A stretch of 64,000 nt of DNA from Gemmatimonadales bacterium (GTDB taxonomy: Bacteria > Gemmatimonadota > Gemmatimonadetes > Gemmatimonadales > Gemmatimonadaceae): NCBI GenBank assembly GCA_038210005.1, contig JBBQXC010000002.1, positions 24,911-88,910 on the forward strand, in the 5' to 3' direction. Each line of letters begins with the position of its first letter. Position 1 is the stretch's first letter. Position numbers and translations under genes: made by a program. Positions 9,602 through 17,842 of the stretch are shown here, one piece after another. The notes below the pieces were generated by a model. It had not been told where the DNA came from, did no database searches, and worked only from the letters and a program-made list of their open reading frames with translations.

Positions 9602-9704
9602 GCGGTCGAAGCCGCGCCGTTAAGCTTTTCCCCAACAGGATCCGGCCCAAGTTGGGGCTCCGTCGCCCGAACGACCAGCCCGTCTCACGTCTCGCACCCC
9701 CTAG

Positions 9705-12700
9705 ATGATGCGATCGCCAGTGAATCGTTCGTCCCGCGTTACGCGGAACCGCGCCTTACGCGCCGCTACGGCGTCCGCACTCGTGGCCGGCCTCGTCGGC
9801 CCGTCAATGCTCGACGCGCAGTCGGCGACCACGGGTCGGACGCCCGCGCCGGCCAATCCGTACACCAGCGTGTCCCGCTGGACGCCGCCGCCCCTGCCGG
9901 CCGGCAAGAAACCCATCACGCAGGACACGTACGACGAGTGGCGCACGATTACGGGCTCCTCATTGTCGAATGATGGCAAGTGGGCAGCCTATACGCTGAG
10001 CCCTGTGGTAGGCGAAGGCGAACTCGTCGTGCGCTCCACCGCGGCGGTCACGGAGTATAGGGCACCGCGCGGCTTCACGGGCCGCCCGCAGCTGCAGCCC
10101 GCCGCCGACTCGTCCGCGCAATTCTCCGCCCAACCGGTCCAGTTCAGCGCCGACGGTCGGTTTGTCGCGTTCACGATGTACGCGTCGCGCGTCGATGTCG
10201 AGCGCGCCCGTAGCCGTCGCGGCACGCCGCCGTCGCGGAACGGACTCGGCATCATGAAGCTGGCCGACGGCACCCTCACGCGTGTCGCTGGCGTGCGCTC
10301 GTTTCGCCTCGCCCGCAACGGCGGTCGGTTCCTTGCGTACCTGTTGGAGGACACCACGACGGCCCCCCGCAATGGCGCTGGAGCACCGACGGCGGCCCCG
10401 GTTGCGCCCGTCGCGCCGCGTCGCGAGAACGGCGTCACGCTCGTGCTCCGCGATCTCAGCGCCGGCACCGAACAGCGCATCGAGGGCGTGACAGCGTTTG
10501 CGTTCGACGATGACGAGAAATGGCTCGGCTACACGGTTTCGACCCGCGACGGGGCCGGCAACGGCGCCTTCGTGCGTGCCCTCGCCTCGGGCACGGTCAC
10601 GCCGCTCCTCACGGGTCAGGCCACGTATCGCGGCCTGACGTTCGATCGGAAGGGCACGCAGGTCGCGCTCGTCTCCGACCTCGGTGACTCCACGCCGAAG
10701 CCGAAAATGGCCGTCTATCACGCGTCACTCATGCCGGCCAAGGGCAAGTCGATTGCGGCGCGCAACATCGTCGCCGCGACCGAAGCACCCGCCGGCCTGC
10801 TGATCGCGGAACGTGGCGCCCTCAGCTTCACACGCGACGGTAACGGCGTGATCTTCTCGCTCGGCAACCTGCCGATGGACTCGATCCCTGCCGATTCACT
10901 GGTCGACAAGGCCGGCTACGATCTGTGGCACTGGAAGGACACGCAGATCCAGCCGCAGCAGCGTCTCAGCGCCAATCGCGACCGCAATCGCACCTATACA
11001 GCGCTTTACACCATCGCCAACGGGAAGTGGACGCAGCTCGCCAATGACAGCCTCCGCGTCACGGTCAGCAACGACGGACGACGCGTGCTTGGCATCAATG
11101 CGGTGGAGTACGCGATTCCGCAGTTCTGGGGAGAAGGGGCCAGCGACGCGTATCTCATCGACCCACTCACGGGCGCGCGCACGCTGATCGCCAAGGGGCT
11201 CGATGGCAACGCGCAGCTCTCGCCCGGTGGTAATTACGTCACGTGGTTCGAGCACGGGCAGTGGGTCTCGTACGCGAATGCGACGGGCAAGAAATCGGTG
11301 CTCACGGACAAACTGCCCGTGAAGTTCCAGGATGAGGAGTTCGATTCGCCGGACGTACCGCCGCCTTACGGCCTTGGTGGCTGGAGCACCTCGGATAAGC
11401 GCGTGCTCGTGTACGATCGCTTCGATATCTGGGAAGTGGATCCTGCCGGCGTGGCCGCACCCAAGAATCTCACCGACGGGGAAGGACGTCGCGCCGGCAT
11501 GACGTTCCGCGTGGTCGATCTCGATCGCGAGGATCCGTTCCTCGATGCCACGACGCCACTGCTGCTGCGTGCCGTCGACACACTCACGAAGGCGTCGGGC
11601 TTCTGGCGTGATCGGATGGGAAGCGATGGAAAGCCTGAGAAGATCGTCATGGCCGACCGCAACCTGAATGGGCTGCAGAAGGCAAGGAACGCCGAACAGT
11701 ATCTGCTCACGCAGAGCACGTATCGCGAGTTCCCGAATCTGCACACCGGGACCACGATCGCGAGCACGACCAAGATCTCTGATGCCAATCCGCAGGACGC
11801 GCAGTATCCGCGTGGCACCGTCGAAATGGTGTCGTGGCTGAACGGCGATGGCATCCCGCTGCGCGGCTTGCTGCACAAGCCGGAAAACTTCGATCCGTCG
11901 AAGCAGTACCCCATGATCGTGTACTTCTACGAGAAGCTTACCGATGGGTTGCACAACTATGTCGCGCCCTCGGGACGCAATACGGTCAATCCGCTGGTTT
12001 ACAACAGCCTCGGCTACATCGTGTTTCAGCCCGACATCGTGTACACCGACGGACAGCCGGGCCCGAGCGCGGCCAAGTCGATCATTCCCGGTGTGCAGTC
12101 GCTGATCGCGAAGGGCTTCGTCGATCCCAAGCGCGTCGGCATCACAGGACAGTCGTGGGGCGGCTATCAGTCGGCGTACCTGATCACGGTGACGAACATG
12201 TTCGCCGCCGCCGTGCCCAACGCCACAGTCGTGAACATGACGTCGGCGTACGGCGGAATCCGCTGGGCCTCGGGCATGGCCCGCGCGTTCCAGTACGAGC
12301 ATACGCAAAGCCGCATTGGCGGATCGTTGTGGCAGTATCCGGAGCGCTTCGTGGAGAACTCGCCGCTGTTCAAGCTCGATCGTGTCACGACGCCGGTGCT
12401 GTTCATGGCCAACGACAACGACGGTGCCGTACCGTGGTATCAGGGCATCGAGTTCTACGTGGCCATGCGCCGCCTGCAGAAGGAGGCGTACATGGTGGTC
12501 TACAACGGCGACGAGCACAATCCGACCAAGCGGGCCAACCAGAAGGACATCGACAAGAAGATGATCGAGTTCTTCGCGGTGAAACTTCAGGGGGCCGAGC
12601 CCCCGTCGTGGATGGTGCGCGGTATCCCGTTCCTCGAAAAGGGACGTGATCAGGTGAAGATGTCCAACACGACGGCGGGCGGCGCGGCGCCGATTCGCCC

Positions 12701-12716
12701 CAACGGAGGCAAGTGA
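9705..12716 (+). CDS. Secreted S9 family serine peptidase (prolyl oligopeptidase / acylaminoacyl peptidase-like) with an N-terminal beta-propeller
   Basis: 1003 aa with a signal peptide. GQSWGGY is the GxSxGG catalytic-serine motif and the C-terminal region is an alpha/beta-hydrolase. The N-terminal region has TolB-like propeller repeats. Confidence 0.8.
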   Translation: MMRSPVNRSSRVTRNRALRAATASALVAGLVGPSMLDAQSATTGRTPAPANPYTSVSRWTPPPLPAGKKPITQDTYDEWRTITGSSLSNDGKWAAYTLSPVVGEGELVVRSTAAVTEYRAPRGFTGRPQLQPAADSSAQFSAQPVQFSADGRFVAFTMYASRVDVERARSRRGTPPSRNGLGIMKLADGTLTRVAGVRSFRLARNGGRFLAYLLEDTTTAPRNGAGAPTAAPVAPVAPRRENGVTLVLRDLSAGTEQRIEGVTAFAFDDDEKWLGYTVSTRDGAGNGAFVRALASGTVTPLLTGQATYRGLTFDRKGTQVALVSDLGDSTPKPKMAVYHASLMPAKGKSIAARNIVAATEAPAGLLIAERGALSFTRDGNGVIFSLGNLPMDSIPADSLVDKAGYDLWHWKDTQIQPQQRLSANRDRNRTYTALYTIANGKWTQLANDSLRVTVSNDGRRVLGINAVEYAIPQFWGEGASDAYLIDPLTGARTLIAKGLDGNAQLSPGGNYVTWFEHGQWVSYANATGKKSVLTDKLPVKFQDEEFDSPDVPPPYGLGGWSTSDKRVLVYDRFDIWEVDPAGVAAPKNLTDGEGRRAGMTFRVVDLDREDPFLDATTPLLLRAVDTLTKASGFWRDRMGSDGKPEKIVMADRNLNGLQKARNAEQYLLTQSTYREFPNLHTGTTIASTTKISDANPQDAQYPRGTVEMVSWLNGDGIPLRGLLHKPENFDPSKQYPMIVYFYEKLTDGLHNYVAPSGRNTVNPLVYNSLGYIVFQPDIVYTDGQPGPSAAKSIIPGVQSLIAKGFVDPKRVGITGQSWGGYQSAYLITVTNMFAAAVPNATVVNMTSAYGGIRWASGMARAFQYEHTQSRIGGSLWQYPERFVENSPLFKLDRVTTPVLFMANDNDGAVPWYQGIEFYVAMRRLQKEAYMVVYNGDEHNPTKRANQKDIDKKMIEFFAVKLQGAEPPSWMVRGIPFLEKGRDQVKMSNTTAGGAAPIRPNGGK

Positions 12717-13507
12717 TGGCGGCTGACGAAATCGATTACCAGATCATCGGCGACGACCTGCAGGCGGTGATCATCACGCTCGACCCCGGCGAAGCGGTCT
12801 TCGCCGAGGCGGGTGGAATGATGTTCATGCGCGAGGGGATTACGATGGCGACCACTCTTGATCCGAACTCGAAGGGTGGCGGGTTGTTCGACAAACTGGT
12901 CGGCGCCGGTAAGCGCGTGCTCTCCGGAGATTCGTTCTTCGTCACGCTGTTCGGCAACGACAGCGCACGGCGCGCCGACGTGGCATTCGCCGCCCCGTTC
13001 CCGGGCAAGATCGTACCGCTCAATCTTCGCGACTGGGGCGGTACCGTGTTGGCGCAGAAGGACAGCTTTCTCTGTGCCGCGCGCGGCATCGACATTTCTG
13101 TCGCCTTCACCCGCAAGATCGGCGCGGGCTTCTTCGGTGGCGAAGGCTTCATCCTGCAGAAACTCCAGGGTGACGGGCTCGCCTTCCTGCACGCGTCGGG
13201 TACGCTGCACGCGATCGATCTCGCACCGGGTGAAAGGCTCCGCGTGGACACGGGCTGCCTCGTGGCTTTCCAGCCCACGGTGGATTACGACATCCAGCGC
13301 GTTCCCGGCATCAAGACGGCACTGTTCGGTGGCGAAGGATTGTTCTTCGTGCAACTCACCGGCCCGGGCCGCGTGATTCTGCAGACGTTGCCGTTCTCTC
13401 GTTTGGCCGATCGCATCATTGCGGCGGCGCCTCGCGCCGGCGGCAAGCGCGTGGGCGAAGGATCGATCCTCGGCGGCCTCGGCGGTATCCTCGACGGCGA
13501 CAGGTAG
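12716..13507 (+). CDS. AIM24 (DUF124/TIGR00266) family protein
   Basis: Shows AIM24-family conservation along its length. The ATG at 12716 overlaps the peptidase TGA (TGATG), with a GGAGG 6 nt upstream. Confidence 0.7.
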   Translation: MAADEIDYQIIGDDLQAVIITLDPGEAVFAEAGGMMFMREGITMATTLDPNSKGGGLFDKLVGAGKRVLSGDSFFVTLFGNDSARRADVAFAAPFPGKIVPLNLRDWGGTVLAQKDSFLCAARGIDISVAFTRKIGAGFFGGEGFILQKLQGDGLAFLHASGTLHAIDLAPGERLRVDTGCLVAFQPTVDYDIQRVPGIKTALFGGEGLFFVQLTGPGRVILQTLPFSRLADRIIAAAPRAGGKRVGEGSILGGLGGILDGDR

Positions 13508-13547
13508 TGCGTCCGCAGGGCCGTCGCCGTGGCCGGCGAGGAGGGAA

Positions 13548-13579
13548 TTCGGGGCGGCGGCTCCCTCCGCCGCCCCGAA
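13548..13579 (+). terminator. GC-rich hairpin between the AIM24 gene and speA; a terminator or a structure in the speA leader
   Basis: Perfect 13-bp stem ttcggggcggcgg / ccgccgccccgaa with loop ctccct, followed by ccctctagcttt. There is no long U tract. Confidence 0.35.
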
Positions 13580-13599
13580 CCCTCTAGCTTTGCACGCCT

Positions 13600-15558
13600 A
13601 TGGCCACTCGTAATCAGTCCAGTACCGAGGCGCCGACTCCGGCTGCCTGGTCCATCGAATCCGCGCGCGCCCTCTACAACGTAGAGGGCTGGGGCGCCGG
13701 CTACTTCGACATCAACGAGCGCGGACGTGTCATCGTCCGTCCGAATCCGGACCGGCCGGATCTCACCGCCGATCTGCGAGATCTCGCGCATGATCTCGAA
13801 GGACAGGGCATCGCCCTCCCGGTGTTGTTGCGCTTCTCCGACATTCTCAAGTCGCGCATTGAAACGCTCAGTGAGCGCTTCGACGCGTCGATGAAGGAAT
13901 TCGAGTACACCGGTGGCTACACCACCGTGTATCCGATCAAGGTCAATCAGCAGCGGCACGTGGTCGAGGAGATCGTCAAGTTCGGCAAGACGCACGGCGT
14001 CGGGCTCGAATGCGGCTCCAAGCCCGAACTGCAGGCCGTCCTCGGCCTCTCGGAAAGCACCGAACATCTCATCGTCTGCAATGGCTACAAGGATCACGAG
14101 TTCATGCGGCTGGCCCTCATGGGACAGAAGCTGGGACACAAGGTTTTCATCGTGCTCGAGCAGGTCAGTGAGCTCGACGTGTTGCTTGAAGTGGCGGAAG
14201 AGCTGGGCGTGACGCCCACCTGCGGTGTGCGCATCAAGCTGGCCAGCGAGGGCGCCGGCCGCTGGGCGCAGAGCGGTGGCGAGAAGAGCAAATTCGGTCT
14301 GAGCTCGGCCGAGCTGATCAAGCTCATCGACAAGCTGCAGGCGCTGAACATGCTTGGCATTCTCAAGCTGATTCACTTCCATCTCGGCAGTCAGATCACC
14401 GACATTCGCTTCATCAAGTCAGGGCTGCAGGAGGTCGCGCGGTTCTATCTCGAGCTGCGTGCTATCGGTGTCGACATCACGCACGTGGACGTAGGCGGCG
14501 GACTGGGCATCGACTACGACGGTACGAACTCCACGAACAATGCGAGCGTCAACTACTCGCTGCAGGAATACGCCAACGACGTGATCTACACGATCGCCGA
14601 GGCGTGCCGCGATGCCGAACTGCCGATGCCGCACATCATCAGCGAGTCCGGGCGCGCGTTGACTGCGCACCATGCGCTGCTGCTGGTGAAGGTGATCGAC
14701 GTCGAATCACAGGCCGAGCAGCCGATCCCCGTGCTCGACGACGAAGAGCATTCGTTGCTGCACGAGATGTACGAGGACTGGCGTACGCTCACCGAGCGCG
14801 GCGCGAAGCCCCGCAAGGTGCTCGAAGTGTTCCATGATGCGTCGTTCGACAAGGATCGTGCCCGGAACTACTTCAACAGCGGCGTCCTGAGTCTCCGCGG
14901 ATTGGCCAAAGCGGAGGTGCTGTGGCTCGGCACCATGAATGCGATCTATCGCATCGCCAAGGCCGACGAGGTGACCTACGCCGACATTCTTCCCGAGCTC
15001 GAGTCGGCGCTGGTCGATCGCTACTTCTGCAACTTCTCGCTCTTTCAGTCGCTGCCGGACAGCTGGGCCATCGATCAGCTGTTCCCCATCATGCCGATTC
15101 ACCGGCTCGACGAGGAGCCCGTTCGTCGTGGCACGCTGCAGGACGTCACGTGCGACTCCGACGGGAAGATCGATCGCTTCGTGGGCGACAAAAAAGGACG
15201 CCCCAGCCTCGAACTGCATGAGTTCCGCGATGGTGAGGACTACATCCTCGGGATCTTCCTCACGGGCGCGTATCAAGAGATTCTCGGCGATCTGCACAAC
15301 CTGTTCGGTGATACGAACGCCGTGCATGTACGCTTGAACGATCAGGGCTCGTACGAAATCACCGACCTGGTGGAAGGCGACACGGTCACCGAAGTGCTCA
15401 ACTATGTGCAGTTCGGTGCGTCGCAACTTCTGGCCACGTTCCGTCGTAAGGTGAATTCCACGACATCCCTGACGCGCGAGGAGGCGAACGCCTTCATCGC
15501 GGACTACGTCGCTGGACTCGAGGGATACACCTACCTCGAAGGAGAGGCGGCGCGATGA
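13600..15558 (+). CDS. speA: Biosynthetic arginine decarboxylase
   Basis: 652 aa with full-length SpeA similarity: YPIKVNQQRHVVEEIV, HFHLGSQITD, PLP-fold decarboxylase. Confidence 0.9.
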   Translation: MATRNQSSTEAPTPAAWSIESARALYNVEGWGAGYFDINERGRVIVRPNPDRPDLTADLRDLAHDLEGQGIALPVLLRFSDILKSRIETLSERFDASMKEFEYTGGYTTVYPIKVNQQRHVVEEIVKFGKTHGVGLECGSKPELQAVLGLSESTEHLIVCNGYKDHEFMRLALMGQKLGHKVFIVLEQVSELDVLLEVAEELGVTPTCGVRIKLASEGAGRWAQSGGEKSKFGLSSAELIKLIDKLQALNMLGILKLIHFHLGSQITDIRFIKSGLQEVARFYLELRAIGVDITHVDVGGGLGIDYDGTNSTNNASVNYSLQEYANDVIYTIAEACRDAELPMPHIISESGRALTAHHALLLVKVIDVESQAEQPIPVLDDEEHSLLHEMYEDWRTLTERGAKPRKVLEVFHDASFDKDRARNYFNSGVLSLRGLAKAEVLWLGTMNAIYRIAKADEVTYADILPELESALVDRYFCNFSLFQSLPDSWAIDQLFPIMPIHRLDEEPVRRGTLQDVTCDSDGKIDRFVGDKKGRPSLELHEFRDGEDYILGIFLTGAYQEILGDLHNLFGDTNAVHVRLNDQGSYEITDLVEGDTVTEVLNYVQFGASQLLATFRRKVNSTTSLTREEANAFIADYVAGLEGYTYLEGEAAR

Positions 15559-16274
15559 CGGAAGGTTCGGCTGGATCGCCCAAGAGCAGTGTGTTCGAAG
15601 ACGTGCTTGAAGTGCTGTGGGCGCCCGCGATGGTGTTCGATCGCGCGCGGGCGAAGGGAGTGGGGATGTATATCCTCGTGCTCACGGCGATCACGCTGGT
15701 CATCGTGCTTGCGACGAAGGGACTGGTTCAGCCGTATATCGACGCGAATTTCGACCTGCAGATGCAGCAGATGGCAGCAAAGGGCACGCCGATGCCGGCT
15801 GAAGCGGCGGCCGTGGCGCAAAAGTTCGGCGCCTACGGGTTTGTCGCCACTGGCGTGCTGATGATTCCGCTGGGCGCGGTGCTGACCGGGCTGTTGGTCT
15901 GGATCGGCGGCAAAGTCGTGTCGGCGAATTTCACGTACGGGCAGGCGATGCTGATTGCCACGCTCGCGTCAGTGCCGCGTGTGCTCAGCTTCGTCGCGAC
16001 CGCGGTGCAGGGGGCGATGGTGGACCCGCAGACGATTCGCTCGTTCTCAGATTCTGCACTTGGTGCCGCACGTTTCGTCGATCCCACCAGCGCGTCGCCG
16101 GCGCTGATGGCGATGCTGGCCAACCTCGATGTGTTCAACATCTGGCAGCTGGTGATCATGGCAGTCGGTATCAGCGTGATCGGCCGTGTCGAGCGCAGTG
16201 CCGGCTTTGTCGGCGCGCTTGTCGCCTGGGGTGTCGGCGTCGCGCTGACCGTCGTTCCGGCGCTGCTGGCCTGA
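15555..16274 (+). CDS. Yip1-family (DUF1282-like) membrane protein
   Basis: 239 aa with 4-5 TM helices. Its start overlaps the speA stop (ATGA). Confidence 0.65.
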   Translation: MTEGSAGSPKSSVFEDVLEVLWAPAMVFDRARAKGVGMYILVLTAITLVIVLATKGLVQPYIDANFDLQMQQMAAKGTPMPAEAAAVAQKFGAYGFVATGVLMIPLGAVLTGLLVWIGGKVVSANFTYGQAMLIATLASVPRVLSFVATAVQGAMVDPQTIRSFSDSALGAARFVDPTSASPALMAMLANLDVFNIWQLVIMAVGISVIGRVERSAGFVGALVAWGVGVALTVVPALLA

Positions 16275-16301
16275 TCGCGCCCATACTGGGCACAACCGAC
16301 A

Positions 16302-16335
16302 GAAGGGGCGCCGTGAGTTCACGGCGCCCCTTCTT
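16302..16335. terminator. Bidirectional intrinsic-terminator hairpin between the convergent yip1-like gene and sodA
   Basis: Perfect 16-bp inverted repeat agaaggggcgccgtga / tcacggcgccccttct with a 2-nt centre, sitting between the two stop codons. Confidence 0.6.
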
Positions 16336-16354
16336 GCACACTGATGCAGCTGAA

Positions 16355-16957
16355 TCAGGCGGCGAAGCGCTTCGCGACTTCAGCCCAGTTCACCACGTTC
16401 CAGTATGCGCCAAGATAGTCGGCGCGACGGTTCTGGTACTTCAGGTAGTACGCATGCTCCCACACGTCGCAGCCGAGGAGCGCGTGCTTGCCTTCCATCA
16501 GCGGGTTGTCCTGATTCGGCGTGCTCATGATCGACAGCGCACCGCGCGTGGACACCAACCACGCCCAACCGGAACCGAAGCGGCCCATGCCGGCGGCCTG
16601 AAACTGTTCCTTGAAGGCGGCGAAGGAGCCGAACGCCTTCGTGATGGCCTCGGCCAGCGCACCCATGGGCTCGCCACCGGCATTCGGCGCCATCGTCTGC
16701 CAGAACAGCGAATGATTCCAGTGACCACCGCCGTTGTTGCGGACGGCCGTGCGAACCGCCTCCGGCACGTCGTTGATCTTGCTGCACAGCTCGTCGATCG
16801 ACCACGACGCCAGCTCGGGCGCCTTCTCGATCGCGGCATTCAGGTTCGTGACGTACGCCTGATGATGCTTGCCATGGTGAATGTTCATGGTCTGCGCATC
16901 GATGTGCGGCTCGAGCGCCTCAGGCGCGTACGGTAGCGGCGGAAGAACGTGGGCCAT
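16355..16957 (-). CDS. sodA: Superoxide dismutase, Mn-type
   Basis: 200 aa containing [11 protein letters not shown] and NQDNPLMEG...[15 protein letters not shown], which closely resemble E. coli MnSOD motifs. Confidence 0.85.
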   Translation of the reverse strand: MAHVLPPLPYAPEALEPHIDAQTMNIHHGKHHQAYVTNLNAAIEKAPELASWSIDELCSKINDVPEAVRTAVRNNGGGHWNHSLFWQTMAPNAGGEPMGALAEAITKAFGSFAAFKEQFQAAGMGRFGSGWAWLVSTRGALSIMSTPNQDNPLMEGKHALLGCDVWEHAYYLKYQNRRADYLGAYWNVVNWAEVAKRFAA

Positions 16958-17018
16958 GATGACAACTCCTTCAGTATGACGTGAGTATGATACGAACTCG
17001 AACGAGACGACGCGACAG

Positions 17019-17060
17019 GTCAGGCCTTTGCCGTCAGGCCTTTGCCGTCAGGCCTTTGCC
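17019..17060. repeat. Three perfect tandem copies of the 14-nt unit gtcaggcctttgcc
   Basis: The copies lie at 17019-17032, 17033-17046 and 17047-17060. The third copy encodes the last codons and stop of dedA. The other two fill the dedA-sodA intergenic region. Confidence 0.8.
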
Positions 17061-17734
17061 TGTGCGCCGCGATTTCGCCACCAGGCAATGATGCCCGGCA
17101 GAATCGAGAGGAACACCACCACCAGAATCACCTTTTCGACATGCTTGGCCACGCCGGGCACGGTCTTCGCCAGCACGTAGCCGGTAAGGAGCATGCTCCA
17201 AATCCACAGCACGCCACCTGCCACGTTATACGCAAGAAACGATGCATATCGCATCTGGCCGACGCCGGCCACCACTGGGGCGAACGTCCGAACGATCGGC
17301 ATGAAGCGCGCAATGATGATCGTCTTGCCACCATGCGTTTCGTAGAACGCCTGCGCTTTCAGCAGGTGGTCTTTGTGAAAAAAGAGCGAATTCTCGCGGG
17401 TAAAGATACGCGGTCCGGTGGCCTTGCCCACGTGATAGCCCACCGTGTCACCCACAATCGCCGCCACAGTCAGAATCAGCCCCAGCAGCCACACGTTGAG
17501 GCCGAATGCCGGGTCTGCCGCAAGCAGGCCGGCCGTCACCAGGAGTGAATCCCCGGGCAGAAAAAAGCCGACCAGCAACCCCGTCTCCGCGAAGATGATA
17601 ATCGTCAGCCCGACGTACCCGGCCCACTGAACGAGGGCGGGAAGGTCGCGAAGCTTATGGTAGAACTCGGTCAAAAAATCCAAGCAGATATCCGGATACG
17701 GTCGGGAACGGGAACGGCGCGAGTCATTCAGCAA
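17048..17734 (-). CDS. DedA/VTT-domain membrane protein
   Basis: DedA-family motifs: FAETGLLVGFFLPGDSLL, GYHVGKATGPRIFTR, GKTIIIARFMPIVRTF. Confidence 0.8.
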   Translation of the reverse strand: MLNDSRRSRSRPYPDICLDFLTEFYHKLRDLPALVQWAGYVGLTIIIFAETGLLVGFFLPGDSLLVTAGLLAADPAFGLNVWLLGLILTVAAIVGDTVGYHVGKATGPRIFTRENSLFFHKDHLLKAQAFYETHGGKTIIIARFMPIVRTFAPVVAGVGQMRYASFLAYNVAGGVLWIWSMLLTGYVLAKTVPGVAKHVEKVILVVVFLSILPGIIAWWRNRGAQAKA

Positions 17735-17842
17735 GCCGAAAGGTCGATGGAGGTGACGTTGCGGTCAACTGCGGACCCGAACCTCCGCTACGAGTCCGTC
17801 CCGAACTGGCCGCCGACTCGGTTCGGGAGGTAGCTTGCAGGC

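Noticed and set aside
10896-12518. 540-aa minus-strand ORF
   Set aside because: It lies antisense to the S9 peptidase, which has a GxSxGG catalytic motif. It has no domain signature and an R/H/D-rich composition.
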